Shown here: positions 36,024-46,298 of the stretch, in pieces | Numbering within the stretch: position 1 is the stretch's first letter | How the letters are laid out: each line of letters starts with the position of its first letter | Assembly (NCBI GenBank): GCA_014905635.1 | Contig: CM026547.1 | Coordinates: 868,001-932,000, forward strand | Length of the DNA: 64,000 nt | From: Scenedesmus sp. PABB004 | Taxonomy: Eukaryota | Reading direction: 5' to 3' | The notes under the pieces: model-generated | Database searches by the model: none | What the model was told of the DNA's origin: nothing | What the model saw: only the letters and a program-made list of their open reading frames with translations | Made by a program: the position numbers and the translations under genes

Positions 36024-37954
36024 ATGGAAGGTCCGATGGATCCCGCGCTGCTGGCGTGGATGCTGCGCATCGAGGAGACGGAGGTGCGGGCCTGAGAGGC
36101 TCGAGCCGAGCACCGCCGACGCCGCCTGCTGATTCGGGCGGCGGGCGCCGCCGCCGACGCGGGCGCCGCGGGGCCGCAGAAGCTTCTGGGCACGCGGAAG
36201 GCCGACCTGGCGGCCCAGCAGGCGCGGCGGATCGAGCTGGAGCGCGAGCTGGCTGCAGAGGACGCGGCGCACGTGCGGCGCGCTGCTCGCGGCTCGCGCA
36301 GGCCCGGCCGCGCTGCGGCGCCGTGCTGCCTGCCGCGGCTCTGCCGCAGGCCAAGGCAGCAATCTGCCCCCCTGCTCCAGGACGCGGCGCGCGAGGAGCT
36401 GGCGGCCGTGCGGGAGGCGACGCACGCGCTCATGCGCGCGCGGCTCGCGGCGGGCCGCGACATCCAGGCGGCGCGCGATCAGCTCGCCGCGGCGCAGGCC
36501 ACCGCACCGTGAGCGGCGCACGCGCGGCCGGCCCGCACCGCGCCGCGCCGCGCCCACGCTGCGCCGCCCGGCTGCAGGCTGGTGGTGGAGCAGCGGTGCC
36601 TGCAGGAGCGGCTGGCGCGCCTCGCCGCCGCCCCGCGCGGTGAGGAGCAGGTGCAGCAGCAGTACGAGGCCAGCGTGGCGACGCACATGGACGACTGCGC
36701 CGCGCCGGCCAGGGCGTTGGAGGCCAAGGCTGCCAAGGTGCGCCGCGCGACGTCGCTGGTGACCCGGCGTGCGGCTGTGTGCTGCCTCGGCGCGCGTGCG
36801 AGGTCCTGCACACCCACCGCGCGCTGTGGAAGGGGCCGGGGAGGGCTGGCGGCCAGGCGCGCGCCGCGGTGCCGCCCTGTTAGTCGCCACCCGCCCGGCG
36901 GGGGCCGCCTGCGCGGTGTGCGTGGCGCGCGTGGGCGCTCACAAGGCTCGGGGGCGTGTCTGCAGCAGTCCTCAGGGCCTGGCGCGCGCGGTCAACCCGC
37001 CCTGCTTTGGCCGGTGTCACCGGCGCCGCGCCGGCAGCCGCACCGGGCAGGCACGCGTGCAGCGGGGTCTCTCGGTCACAGCGCGAGGCGCTGCCCCGCG
37101 CGTCCCCGGCACCGCGGCTGCCCCCGCTGATACGCTCGCATCCGGGGCCGCGGTCGCGGCCCGCTGCGCCAACCGGGGGCCGGCACGCCCCGTCGCGCGG
37201 CGCACGTTGCGTCGCCCCACAAGCGTCGGCGCTCGCCCGGGCGACGCGGCGAGGCTCGGGGCGCAGCAGTCCTCGGAGCCTGGCGTGCGCGGTCAGCCCC
37301 GGCTCCGCCGCCCTGCAGCGGCGCTGCACTCGGGCACCGCCGGCGGTGCCTCGAGGCGTTTCGAGAGACTGACGGCGCGCCCCCGCTGCGCCACACAGGC
37401 CGAGGCGGCGCTGGAGCGGCTGCAGCGGCAGCACGCGGAGCTGGGTCTGGAGCAGCAGCTGGCGCAGCTCGCAGCGGAGCGCGAGGAGCTGCGCGGCGAG
37501 GCGGAGCGCCTGACGCGCGCGCTGGCGACGGCCGAGCATGCCAGCGCCGCCCGGGCGGCCAAGGTCGCGGCCGCCGCCGCCAGCACCGCCGCCGAGCTCG
37601 CGGCCGCCCAGGTGGGCAGCGGCGCAGCGCGGCAGCGGGGGAATCGGGCGCGCGGCGGCTGACGCGGCGCCGCGGCGCGTCGCAGGAGCGGCTGGCCGTG
37701 CTCAGGGCCGAGGCGTTTGAGGGCGGCCGCCGCCACGCCGTGAACGGCGCCAGGTGAGGGCCTCGGCCGAGCGCCGGCGGGCGGCGCGCTGCGCCGACGC
37801 GCGCGCGCGCGCGCTCAGCCCCGCCCCGCCCCCGCCGCGCAGGCTGCGGCAGCTCTGCGTGGAGGAGGGGGCGCTCGCGCAGCAGGCTGCCGAGCTCGAC
37901 GCCCAGATCGCCCGCGCGGCGGCCGCGCTGGACCAGCTGGCCGGCGACGTGTGA
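36024..37954 (+). CDS. Uncharacterised coiled-coil protein (7 exons)
   Basis: MEGPMDPALLAWMLRIEETE|KLLGTRKADLAAQQARRIELERELAAE...AEAALERLQRQHAELGLEQQLAQLAAEREELRGEAERL...LDQLAGDV*; six phase-consistent GT-AG introns; E/Q/A/L/R heptads. Confidence 0.72.
36754..37254 (+). repeat. Left arm of a ~500-bp inverted repeat (inside intron 36738-37398)
   Basis: Reverse complement of 38181-38683; I saw 2 substitutions and one 2-bp indel. Confidence 0.95.
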
Positions 37955-38180
37955 CGGACGGCGCCGCCGCGCGTAGCGGCCGGCGAGCGCCCGCCAGTTG
38001 CGGGCGGTTGGCGCCCGCAACTGGCGGGCGCGGCGGCTGCGGCGGCTCTCTGCGGCCTGCGCGGCTGCGCGTCGGCCGCGCGTCGCAGCGTGCGCGCCGC
38101 GCTCGGCGCCGTGCGCGCCCGGGCGCGCGGGCAGAGCCTGGGCAGGCCGGGCCGGCCGCCCTGGCGCGCGCGCGGACGCC

Positions 38181-38683
38181 CCTCGCCGCGTCGCCCGGGC
38201 GAGCGCCGACGCTTGTGGGGCGACGCAACGTGCGCCGCGCGACGGGGCGTGCCGTGGCCCCCGGTTGGCGCAGCGGGCCGCGACCGCGGCCCCGGATGCG
38301 AGCGTACCAGCGGGGGCAGCCGCGGTGCCGGGGACGCGCGGGGCAGCGCCTCGCGCTGTGACCGAGAGACCCCGCTGCACGCGTGCCTGCCCGGTGCGGC
38401 TGCCGGCGCGGCGCCGGTGACACCGGCCAAAGCAGGGCGGGTTGACCGCGCGCGCCAGGCCCTGAGGACTGCTGCAGACACGCCCCCGAGCCTTGTGAGC
38501 GCCCACGCGCGCCACGCACACCGCGCAGGCGGCCCCCGCCGGGCGGGTGGCGACTAACAGGGCGGCACCGCGGCGCGCGCCTGGCCGCCGGCCCTCCCCG
38601 GCCCCTTCCACAGCGCGCGGTGGGTGTGCAGGACCTCGCACGCGCGCCGAGGCAGCACACAGCCGCACGCCGGGTCACCAGCG
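38181..38683 (-). repeat. Right arm of the ~500-bp inverted repeat (between the coiled-coil gene stop and the cyclin-like gene)
   Basis: Reverse complement of 36754-37254; the ORF track shows near-identical translations on opposite strands. Confidence 0.95.
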
Positions 38684-39062
38684 CCCGCCCGGCCAGCACG
38701 GCAGCAGCGCCGTGCGCGCGCGCTGCAGCGCCTGGCCGCCCGCGTGCAGCAGGGAGCTGTTAAGCCAGACCCGTCGGCGGCGCGCGTGGAGCTGGAGGGC
38801 CCCAGGTGCGCCGGGGCGCGGCAGCGCGCGGCAGCAGCGGGCGCGGCCCCGCGCCGGCCGGGCCGCGCCGCCCGCGCGGACCTCCCACGCGCACGTGGAC
38901 GCGCCTGGGCGCGCCCTGGGGCGCGCGCCGTGCCGGGACGCGGGCCCCGCGGCCCCGGCTGCCGCCCTCAACACCTGCCCGCCCCGCGCCCGCGCCGCAG
39001 TCGCGCCGTCCGGCGCGCGCCGGCGGCCTGGGAGGGCGCCTGAGCGCCCAGGGCGCGGCCCG

Positions 39063-40697
39063 ATGGCGGTCCCGCGCGACGCCTGCTTCGGCAGCGTGCT
39101 GGCGCTGCAGATTGCGGGCAGCGCAGCGGCGCTGGCGCCGGCGCCCTGCGCCCTGACCGCCTGCGGCGGCGCCCACGAGGAGGCGGGCAGCACCAGCAGC
39201 ACGCCGCTCGCGGCGCCGGGCCTGGCGCCGTGCGCGCGCGGCGCGCCGGGCCGCGGCGGCGCCGCGTGCTGCGGCGCGCCCGCGCCGGCGCCGCCGCCCT
39301 GCGCCCCGGGGGGCTCCCTTGGCGGCGCGCCGTACTTCTACGCCTCTTCTCATGGCGGCGCCGGCCTGGACGACGCGAGCGCGAGCCCGCTGTCGTCGAG
39401 CAGCCGCGTCGCGCTGGGCGGCGGCGCGCTCACGCCCGCCTCGGGCGCCGAGGCGGTCAGCGCGGCGCGCGTGGCCGGCTGCAAGCGCGCCCACGACGGC
39501 GCCGCGGCCGCGGCGGAGCTCGCGGCGGCGGCGCAGCAGCAGCACGAGCAGCGCGCGCGCCGGACGCTCCTGGCGCAGCGGCAGGCGCAGCTGCTGGCGG
39601 CCGGCCGCCAGCAGCAGCAGCAGGCCCAGCTCGCGGCGGCGGCACAGCAGGCGCAGCTGGCGCAGCTGGCGCAGCTGGCGCAGCTGGCACGGCAGGCGCA
39701 GCAGGCGCAGCAGGCGCAGCAGGCGCAGCAGGCGCAGCAGGCGCAGCTCGCGGCGGCACACCTCGGCGGCGCTGGCCAGCGCGGCGGGCGCCACGCAGGG
39801 CCCGACGGCGCGGCCGCCGCCGGCTGCGCGCTCGTGTCGCAGGGCAGCGGCACCAGCAGCGGCAGCAGCTGGAGCAGCGGCGCCGGGCTGCCCTGCGGCG
39901 GCGGCGCGAGCTTCGCGGGCGCGAGCTTCACGAGCGGCGGCAGCAGCTCCTCGGCGCACTCGGCCTGGCAGGCGCTGGTGCAGCAGCAGCAGGCCAAGGC
40001 GGTCGCGGCGTCGGCCGACGCGCACGCCTTCGTGCGGCGCCAGCAGCAGGAGCAGCTGCAGCTGCAGCAGCAGCTGCAGCAGCCCGCCAAGCGTGCGGCG
40101 ACGCAGTCGGCCGTCGCCGCGCTGCTGCGCACGTCGGCCGGCGCCGCGCAGCACGGGCTGCAGCTCGCGTGCGCGGGCGGCCAGCGCCACGCCCCGCCCG
40201 CGCGCGGCAGCAGCAACTGCCTGGCGGGCCTGGCCGCGGCGGCGGCCGCGGCCGCGGCCGCGGCGGCCGCGGCCTCCGCTGCCGCGACCGCCGCGGCGGG
40301 CGCGCCGCGGCGCTGCCCCGAGCCCGTGTGCAACCGCCTGCTCGCGTGGGCGGGGCAGGTGCTCAACTGCCAGACGCAGGACGCGTACCTGCTGGCGGTG
40401 CACATCTTCCGCCGCGTGGCGGGGCGGCTGGACGAGCTGCTGCTCATCAGCCTCGGCGCCGCCGCGCCGGCGGACGAGCTCGCGATGCTCGTGTCGCTCT
40501 GGCTCGCGACCAAGCTCGAGGGCCACCGCCGCCAGGTCGCGGCCTGCAGCCGGCTCGCGCGCGCGCTGCGGCTGCTGCCGTGGGCGGTGACGTCGGTCGA
40601 GCTGCACCTCATGCAGCTCATGGACTGGCAGCCCTACGCCGGCTGGGCGGCGCGGCCCGCGGAGCCGAGCTGCGTCGTCACAGAGTGCTGCTGCTGA
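39063..40697 (+). CDS. Intronless divergent cyclin-box protein with a long Gln/Ala-rich N-terminus (544 aa)
   Basis: C-terminal AYLLAVHIFRR...LVSLWLATKLE...VELHLMQLMDWQ follows the cyclin N-box helices, including the conserved Lys and Glu. Confidence 0.75.
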   Translation: MAVPRDACFGSVLALQIAGSAAALAPAPCALTACGGAHEEAGSTSSTPLAAPGLAPCARGAPGRGGAACCGAPAPAPPPCAPGGSLGGAPYFYASSHGGAGLDDASASPLSSSSRVALGGGALTPASGAEAVSAARVAGCKRAHDGAAAAAELAAAAQQQHEQRARRTLLAQRQAQLLAAGRQQQQQAQLAAAAQQAQLAQLAQLAQLARQAQQAQQAQQAQQAQQAQLAAAHLGGAGQRGGRHAGPDGAAAAGCALVSQGSGTSSGSSWSSGAGLPCGGGASFAGASFTSGGSSSSAHSAWQALVQQQQAKAVAASADAHAFVRRQQQEQLQLQQQLQQPAKRAATQSAVAALLRTSAGAAQHGLQLACAGGQRHAPPARGSSNCLAGLAAAAAAAAAAAAAASAAATAAAGAPRRCPEPVCNRLLAWAGQVLNCQTQDAYLLAVHIFRRVAGRLDELLLISLGAAAPADELAMLVSLWLATKLEGHRRQVAACSRLARALRLLPWAVTSVELHLMQLMDWQPYAGWAARPAEPSCVVTECCC

Positions 40698-41417
40698 GCG
40701 CCGCGGGCGCGGCGCCCTTTTTTTGCGCCCTCCCTTGTAGATTCGGCTGCGGCTGCCGCCGGCGAGCGGCGCCGCAGCCTAGCGTAGAGGCCGCACCGTC
40801 TGCTCCCAGCACGCACACCCTCTTGCTCCCTCGCTGAACGCGGGCACTGCCGATGAAGTTTTTTCCGCGCCGACCCTTTGGGGCGGCGGCGCGTGCTGGT
40901 TGGTTGGGGAACCGGATGCCGCCGGCGCCGCCGGCGCCTGGATTCTTGTTGGCATTGCGGCACCGCCGGCGTAGAGCAGCAGAGACGATTGCGCGCCGTG
41001 CGGCCAGGGGCCCCTGGCCGCCCCTGCTGCGCGCCATGCACATGAGGCGGGGGCTAGGGAGCTGCTGCTGCTGCTGGCGGGCCTGGCCACAATCAATCAG
41101 CGGGCGCGCGGCGTGAGACAGCGCTGCGCCGCGCCCCGCAGGGCACGCGTGGCGCCGCAGCGCTCGAGGCCGCCGCTCGCGCGGCCCGCCTCTGGAGCGC
41201 CGGCGGCCGTGCGTGCCCTCTCTCACGTGGGGCTGCGCCGGGTAGCGGCGCCTCGCTGTTGCTTGCTGTACAGTCGCGTCTGCTGCGGCGCTGCAGCTGC
41301 AGCACATTGGTAACCGATCCGTAGCTCGGCGCAACGTTACACGTGCCCGCGGCCCGCCCGGCCCGTCCGCCCTCAAACGCCCCTGTGGCCCTCGCCCCGC
41401 GTCGGCCGGCACCGCGC

Positions 41418-44400
41418 TCACTTCACGGCCTTGGCGGCGCCTGCGGGCGGGTGCGGGCAGGCGCCGGCGGGTCAGCGGCTGCAGCCGCCGCGGGGCGGGG
41501 CGCGCGCGAAACACACAACACCCCACCCGCCCTCGTGCCGCGCGCCGCCGCAGCCCCGCACCCGTCGCGGCGGGCGAGCGGCGCTTCTTGCCCGCGGCCG
41601 CGGCCTTGGCCTTGCGCTTCTTGCCGCCGTCCGAGGCGTCCGACTCGGGCGCGGTGTCGACGCCGCCGTCGTCGGCCGCGTTCTCCTTCTCACCGTCGGT
41701 GCCGGCCGCGTCGCCGTTGGCGTGGCCGTTGGCGCGCGCCGCGGGCTCGGCGTCGGCCATCTCGGCCTCAGACGCCGCCGCCGCGCCCTCGCCCGCGGCG
41801 CCGGCCTCGCCGTCGCTGCTGTCGCCCGCGGCGGCCGCCGCCTTGCGGCCGCGGCCCTTGGCCTTGCCGGGCTTGCCGGCCTTGGCCGCGGCCGCCTTCT
41901 TGGCCGCCGCCGGCTTCTTGGCCGCCGGCGACTTGGCGCTCGCCGCGCGCTTCTCCTGGTTGCGCATGCGCTGCGCGGGCGCGGGCGCCGCGGCGCCGCC
42001 GCGTCGGCGCGCGCCCGGCCGCCCGGCAGCCCGGCCGCCCGCCGCGCCGCGCCCGCGCCCCCCGCCCCCGCCCCCGCGCCCGCGCCCGCCCGCACCTTGA
42101 GGTACGCGCGGACCTCCTCCGCGTCGCCGCCCTGGTCGTCCATGAAGCAGGAGATGAGGCCGGCGTCAAACTCGGGGAACTCGGACGACAGCGCCGCGAT
42201 CTCAGCCCCGTAGCGCGACGCCGGCGCGGCCGCCGCGGGCGCCGCGGGCGCCGCGGGCGCCGCGGCGGGCTCGGCAGCGGCGGGCTCGGCCGCGGCGGGC
42301 TCGGCAGCCGGCTCGGCGGCCGGCTCGGCGGCGGGCTCGACGGGCGCCGCGCCGCTCGCCTCGGCGGCGGCGCTGCTGCCGGCCGCGGCGCCGGGCGCGA
42401 CGCGCTGCTTCTTGCGCGGCTGCTTGGCGGCGCCGGCCTCGTCCTCCTCCTCCTCGTCGCCGCTGCCCGCCTCCTCGCCGTCGCTGCCGGCCTCCTCGTC
42501 CTCCTCGCCGTCGGCCTCGCCCTTGAGGCCCGCCGCCTCCTCGTCCGCCTGCTTGCGCGCCGCCTCGGCGGCCTCCTGCGCGGCGCGGCGGCGCGCGCGC
42601 CCCGCTCAGCGGCCGCGGCGCTGCCGCGCTGCCGCCGCCGGCAGCCGACCGCCGCCCGCCGCCCGCGGCGCGCACCTGCAGGCGGCGGATGAGCTCAGCC
42701 ATCTCGCGGTTGACCGCGGCGTGGGCCATGTAGTCAGCAATGTCGGTCTTGCACGTGGGGCAGGGCTTGGGCACCTGGCAGCACGCCGCGCCGGGCGCGG
42801 CGCGGCGCCGGCTTGCGTCGGGCGCTGGCCCGCGGCGCGGCGCTGGCCCGCGGCGCGGCGCGGGGCGCGCAGCGCGGGCCGCACCTTGCGCACGCGCATC
42901 GAGCGCGCGGGCTGCGCCTCGGCGAGCGCCTTGCTGCCGGCCTTGCTGGCCTCGATCTCGGCGAAGCGCCGGTCGAGGCAGCCCTTGCAGAAGTTGTGGC
43001 CGCACGGCATCGACAGCGGGTCGCCGAGCACGCCCTTGCACAGCCCGCACGCAAAGTCCTTGAGCAGCCGCTCGTGCGCCGACGCCTGCGCGCGGCGCGC
43101 GCGCGACGCGGCGGCGTTGGTGTGCGGCGCGTGGCGTGGCGTGGCGCGGCGCGCGTGCACGCGCACGAGCCGGCGGGGGCTACCCGGGGGCTGAGCGGGC
43201 GGGGCCTGGTCGGGGGCTGGCCGGGGCTGGGCGGGCGGGGCCTGGCCGGGGCTGGGCAGGCCAGGGGCTGCCCAGGGGCTGGCCGGGCGGGGCAGGGGCT
43301 GGGCGCACCTTCTTCTTCAGCTTCTTCACCGTGTCGCCGCCGCCGGGCGCCTTCTGGCTCGGCGGCGCCTCGCGCGCCCAGCCCCACTCGCCCTTGGCCG
43401 CGTCAAAGTCCCTGGCGGCGCGCGCGCGGCGCGGCGCGGCGCGGCGCGGCGCGGCGCGGCGGCGTCGGCGCGCGCGCGCCGGCGCGGGCGGGCGCGGGCA
43501 CCGCACGCGGTGCGGGTGCGGCGCGGGCGGTGCGGGCGCGGCGCGGCGCGCGCACCAGTAGGGCGTGTCTGCCATCTCGTGCACCGTGCCCTTGGCCGCC
43601 TCGATCTCCGCCGCCGCGAGCGCGGGCACCTCGAGCCGCACCGCGTCGCCGCTCTCGTCGCTCGTCCACGGCGCGGGCGCGTTGTCGGCGCGCACGAACA
43701 GGTACCTGGCCGGGCGGCAGACGCCGGCTCGCCTCGCGCCCCGCGCGCCGGCGCGCGGCCGCCTGTCGCCTGCCGCCTGCCGCCTGCCGCCTGCCGCCCT
43801 GCCGCCTGCCGCCGGCACGGCCGCTGCGCGCCGCCCGCCGCGCATCGCCTGCCGCCCGCGCCCGCGTGCGCCGCACCTGCACATGAGGTAGCCCTGCGCG
43901 CCCTTCTTGCGCCACGCGCGGAGGATGCGGTAGATGCCGTCGTAGCGCACCGGCGTCTCCTGCAAGCACCAACAACACACGGCGGCGGCGGCGCGGCGCG
44001 GTCAGGCGCAGCGCGGAGCAGCGGCGGCGGCACGCGGGCCGGCGGCGGCGGTACGGCGGCGGCGGCGCGCGGGCGAGCAGCGCGGCGCGGCGCGCCTGGC
44101 CGGGCGCGTAGCTCGAGCGCTTCTCCTTGTAGCTGCGCACGACGCGCACGGGCAGGCCGCGCAGGCAGCTGATCTTGAGCGCCTTGTTCATGGCCTCAAA
44201 CTCCTGGTCAAACGACTGGTTCTGCGCGGCACACAACGCAGAGAGGCCGCGCGGCGGGCACGCAGGCAGCTCGGCGCTCGGGCGGCTCGGCGCGCGGCGC
44301 GGCGCGACGCGACGCGGCTCGGCGTGCGGCGCGACGCGGCGCGGCGCGCGGGCCACGCTGCGAGACGGCCGGCAGCCGCGGCGCGGCGCGGCGGGGGGGG

Positions 44401-45996
44401 GGGGGGCAGCAGCACGGCGCGGCGCGGCGCAAGACAGCGCGCCTTGTTGGTGCGCTTGTTGCCGGAGAGGTCGCGCCCGCCGCTGCCTGTGTACAGGAAC
44501 CACTCGCCCTCGTCGTGGTCGTCCTCGTAGCCCCCGCTCAGCACGACGCTCTGGCGGTTGTTGTTTCCATGGCGCGCGCAGGGGAGAGGGGAGCGGTGGG
44601 CGGGCGGCGAGGGCGGCGCGGCGTGGGCGCGGCGCGCGGGGGAGGGGCGGGGGAGGGGCACACGCGCGCGGGCGCGCGGGCGCGCGGGCGCGCGGGCGCT
44701 GCCGGCGCCGCGGCGCACCTGCGCGCCGCGGTTGCTCTGCCCCGCGATGCCCGCGACGTGCGGGAAGTGCGCGCCCCACTGGCGGCAGTCGAGCCGGTCC
44801 TTCCACCAGTCGCCCACCTGCACGCCCTGCGGCAACGACAGCAGCGGCCGCGGCGGCGGACGCGCGTGTCGTACGGGTACGCGCGCGGCGCGCCGGCGCG
44901 CGCGCGGGCGGCCGCCCGCCCGCCGCGGTCGCGGCGGCGGCGGCTTTGGCCGCACGCACCTTGCCGTTGGTGGGGTCGTGCTCGGGCAGGATGGGGCCGA
45001 AGTGGTCGTTGGGCACGGTGACCATGATGCGACCCGACGCCGCGTTGGCGCGGCCCGCGCGCACCGCGCGCTCGGTCGTGAACGCCTCGGCGGGGCGGCT
45101 CTCGTCGGCGATGCGCGTGTAGGTCTTGGCCGCGTCGCTCTTGATGCCCTGCGCGCGCGGGGCGGGCGCGGCGGGCGGGCGCGCGTGGGCGGCCCGCCGC
45201 TGCCCCGCCGCGGCCGCCCCGCGGGCGCTGCGCTGCGCGGCGGCGGCGGCGCGCGGCCGCCGCCGCGCGCCGCGCCTGCTTGGCCTGGCGGATGGCGTAG
45301 GTGAGCAGCGTGTTGATGCGGGGGTTTTCGATGAACTTGGCGGGGAACGCAGCGCGGCAGGTCGGGCACGTCTTCTTGCCCTGCCCCAGCCAGCGCTTGA
45401 AGCAGTTGAGGCAGTAGTTGTGCTGGCACGGGCCCTGCGCCGCGCGGCGCGCAGCGCGTGCGGGCGCGCGTCGGCGTGGCGCGGCGGCGCGGCGCCGCCC
45501 CAACCGCCGGCGGCCGCGGCCCGCCTGCTCCGCGCGCTGTGCCGCGGGCGCTGCCGCGCGGCGCACCGTGACGGGGCGCTCGCAGAGGTTGAAGCAGATC
45601 ACGCACTTGAGCGTGTCCTCGAGCAGGTCGGCCGCCTTGTCGCCGCCGGCGCCGCCCGCGCTCGCGCCGGCCTTGCCCTCCTCTGCGCGCGCGAGCGGTG
45701 AGCAGCGGTGGCGGCGGCGGGGCGGCGCTGGGGGCGCCGCCGCGGCGCCGCGGCGGGGCCGGCGGCGCGCGGGCGGCGCGGGGCAGCAGCAGCGGCGTTC
45801 GAACGCGCGCGGCGCGCGCACCCTTCTTCCCGCCCGCGGGCTTCTCCTCGGCCTTGGGCGCCGCCCAGCCGCCGCACATCAGCTCCTGGCGCTTGGTGGC
45901 CTTCTCGGCGTCGGTGAGGCTCGTGTCGCGCATGATGGCCATGATTTTGGAGCGCAGGTCATTCTGCCCGTCCGCCTCGGGCTGCCCGTCCGACAT
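41418..45996 (-). CDS. ORTH: VIM/ORTHRUS (UHRF1-like) RING-SRA-RING E3 ligase and methyl-DNA reader (15 exons)
   Basis: RING CVICFNLCERPVTGPCQHNYCLNCF...CPTCR; SRA CRQWGAHFPHVAGIAGQ, SVVLSGGYEDDHDEGEWFLYTGSGGRDLSGNKRT, LPVRVVRS, VRYDGIYRI; second RING CGLC...PCGHNFCKGC...CPTC; minus-strand TGTAA at 41337-41341. Confidence 0.95.
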
Positions 45997-46298
45997 GGCC
46001 GCTGCGTTCGAATGCGGGCCTCGTGCGCGGGCAACCAGGCCGCCGGGCGGCACAGCGGCGCGCGGGCGCGCGCGAGGCGGGCTCGGGCGCGGCGGGCGCG
46101 CGGGCGCTGCGCAGCGGGGTGGGCCACGCGGGGGGTGGCAGGGGAGCGGTGTGTGCCGGTGCCCGGAGCGCTGCCCGGGGCGAGCGGCGGCGCGCGCGGC
46201 AGGCGGTCGGCGCAGCGGCGGTGCAGGGTCTGGCCGCGCGACGCGGCGGAGGCGCTGCGGGGTCGAGCAGGCTCCCCGCTGCCCCCCCCCCCCCAGCG

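Noticed and set aside
36754..38683. Pack-MULE or foldback transposon interpretation of the inverted repeat
   Set aside because: No target-site duplication, no transposase, and the internal exons continue the flanking gene in frame
38697..38805. Exon-like segment (RQQRRARALQRLAARVQQG...LEGPR) with AG and GT borders after the right repeat arm
   Set aside because: Could not be linked in phase to either neighbouring gene; may be UTR
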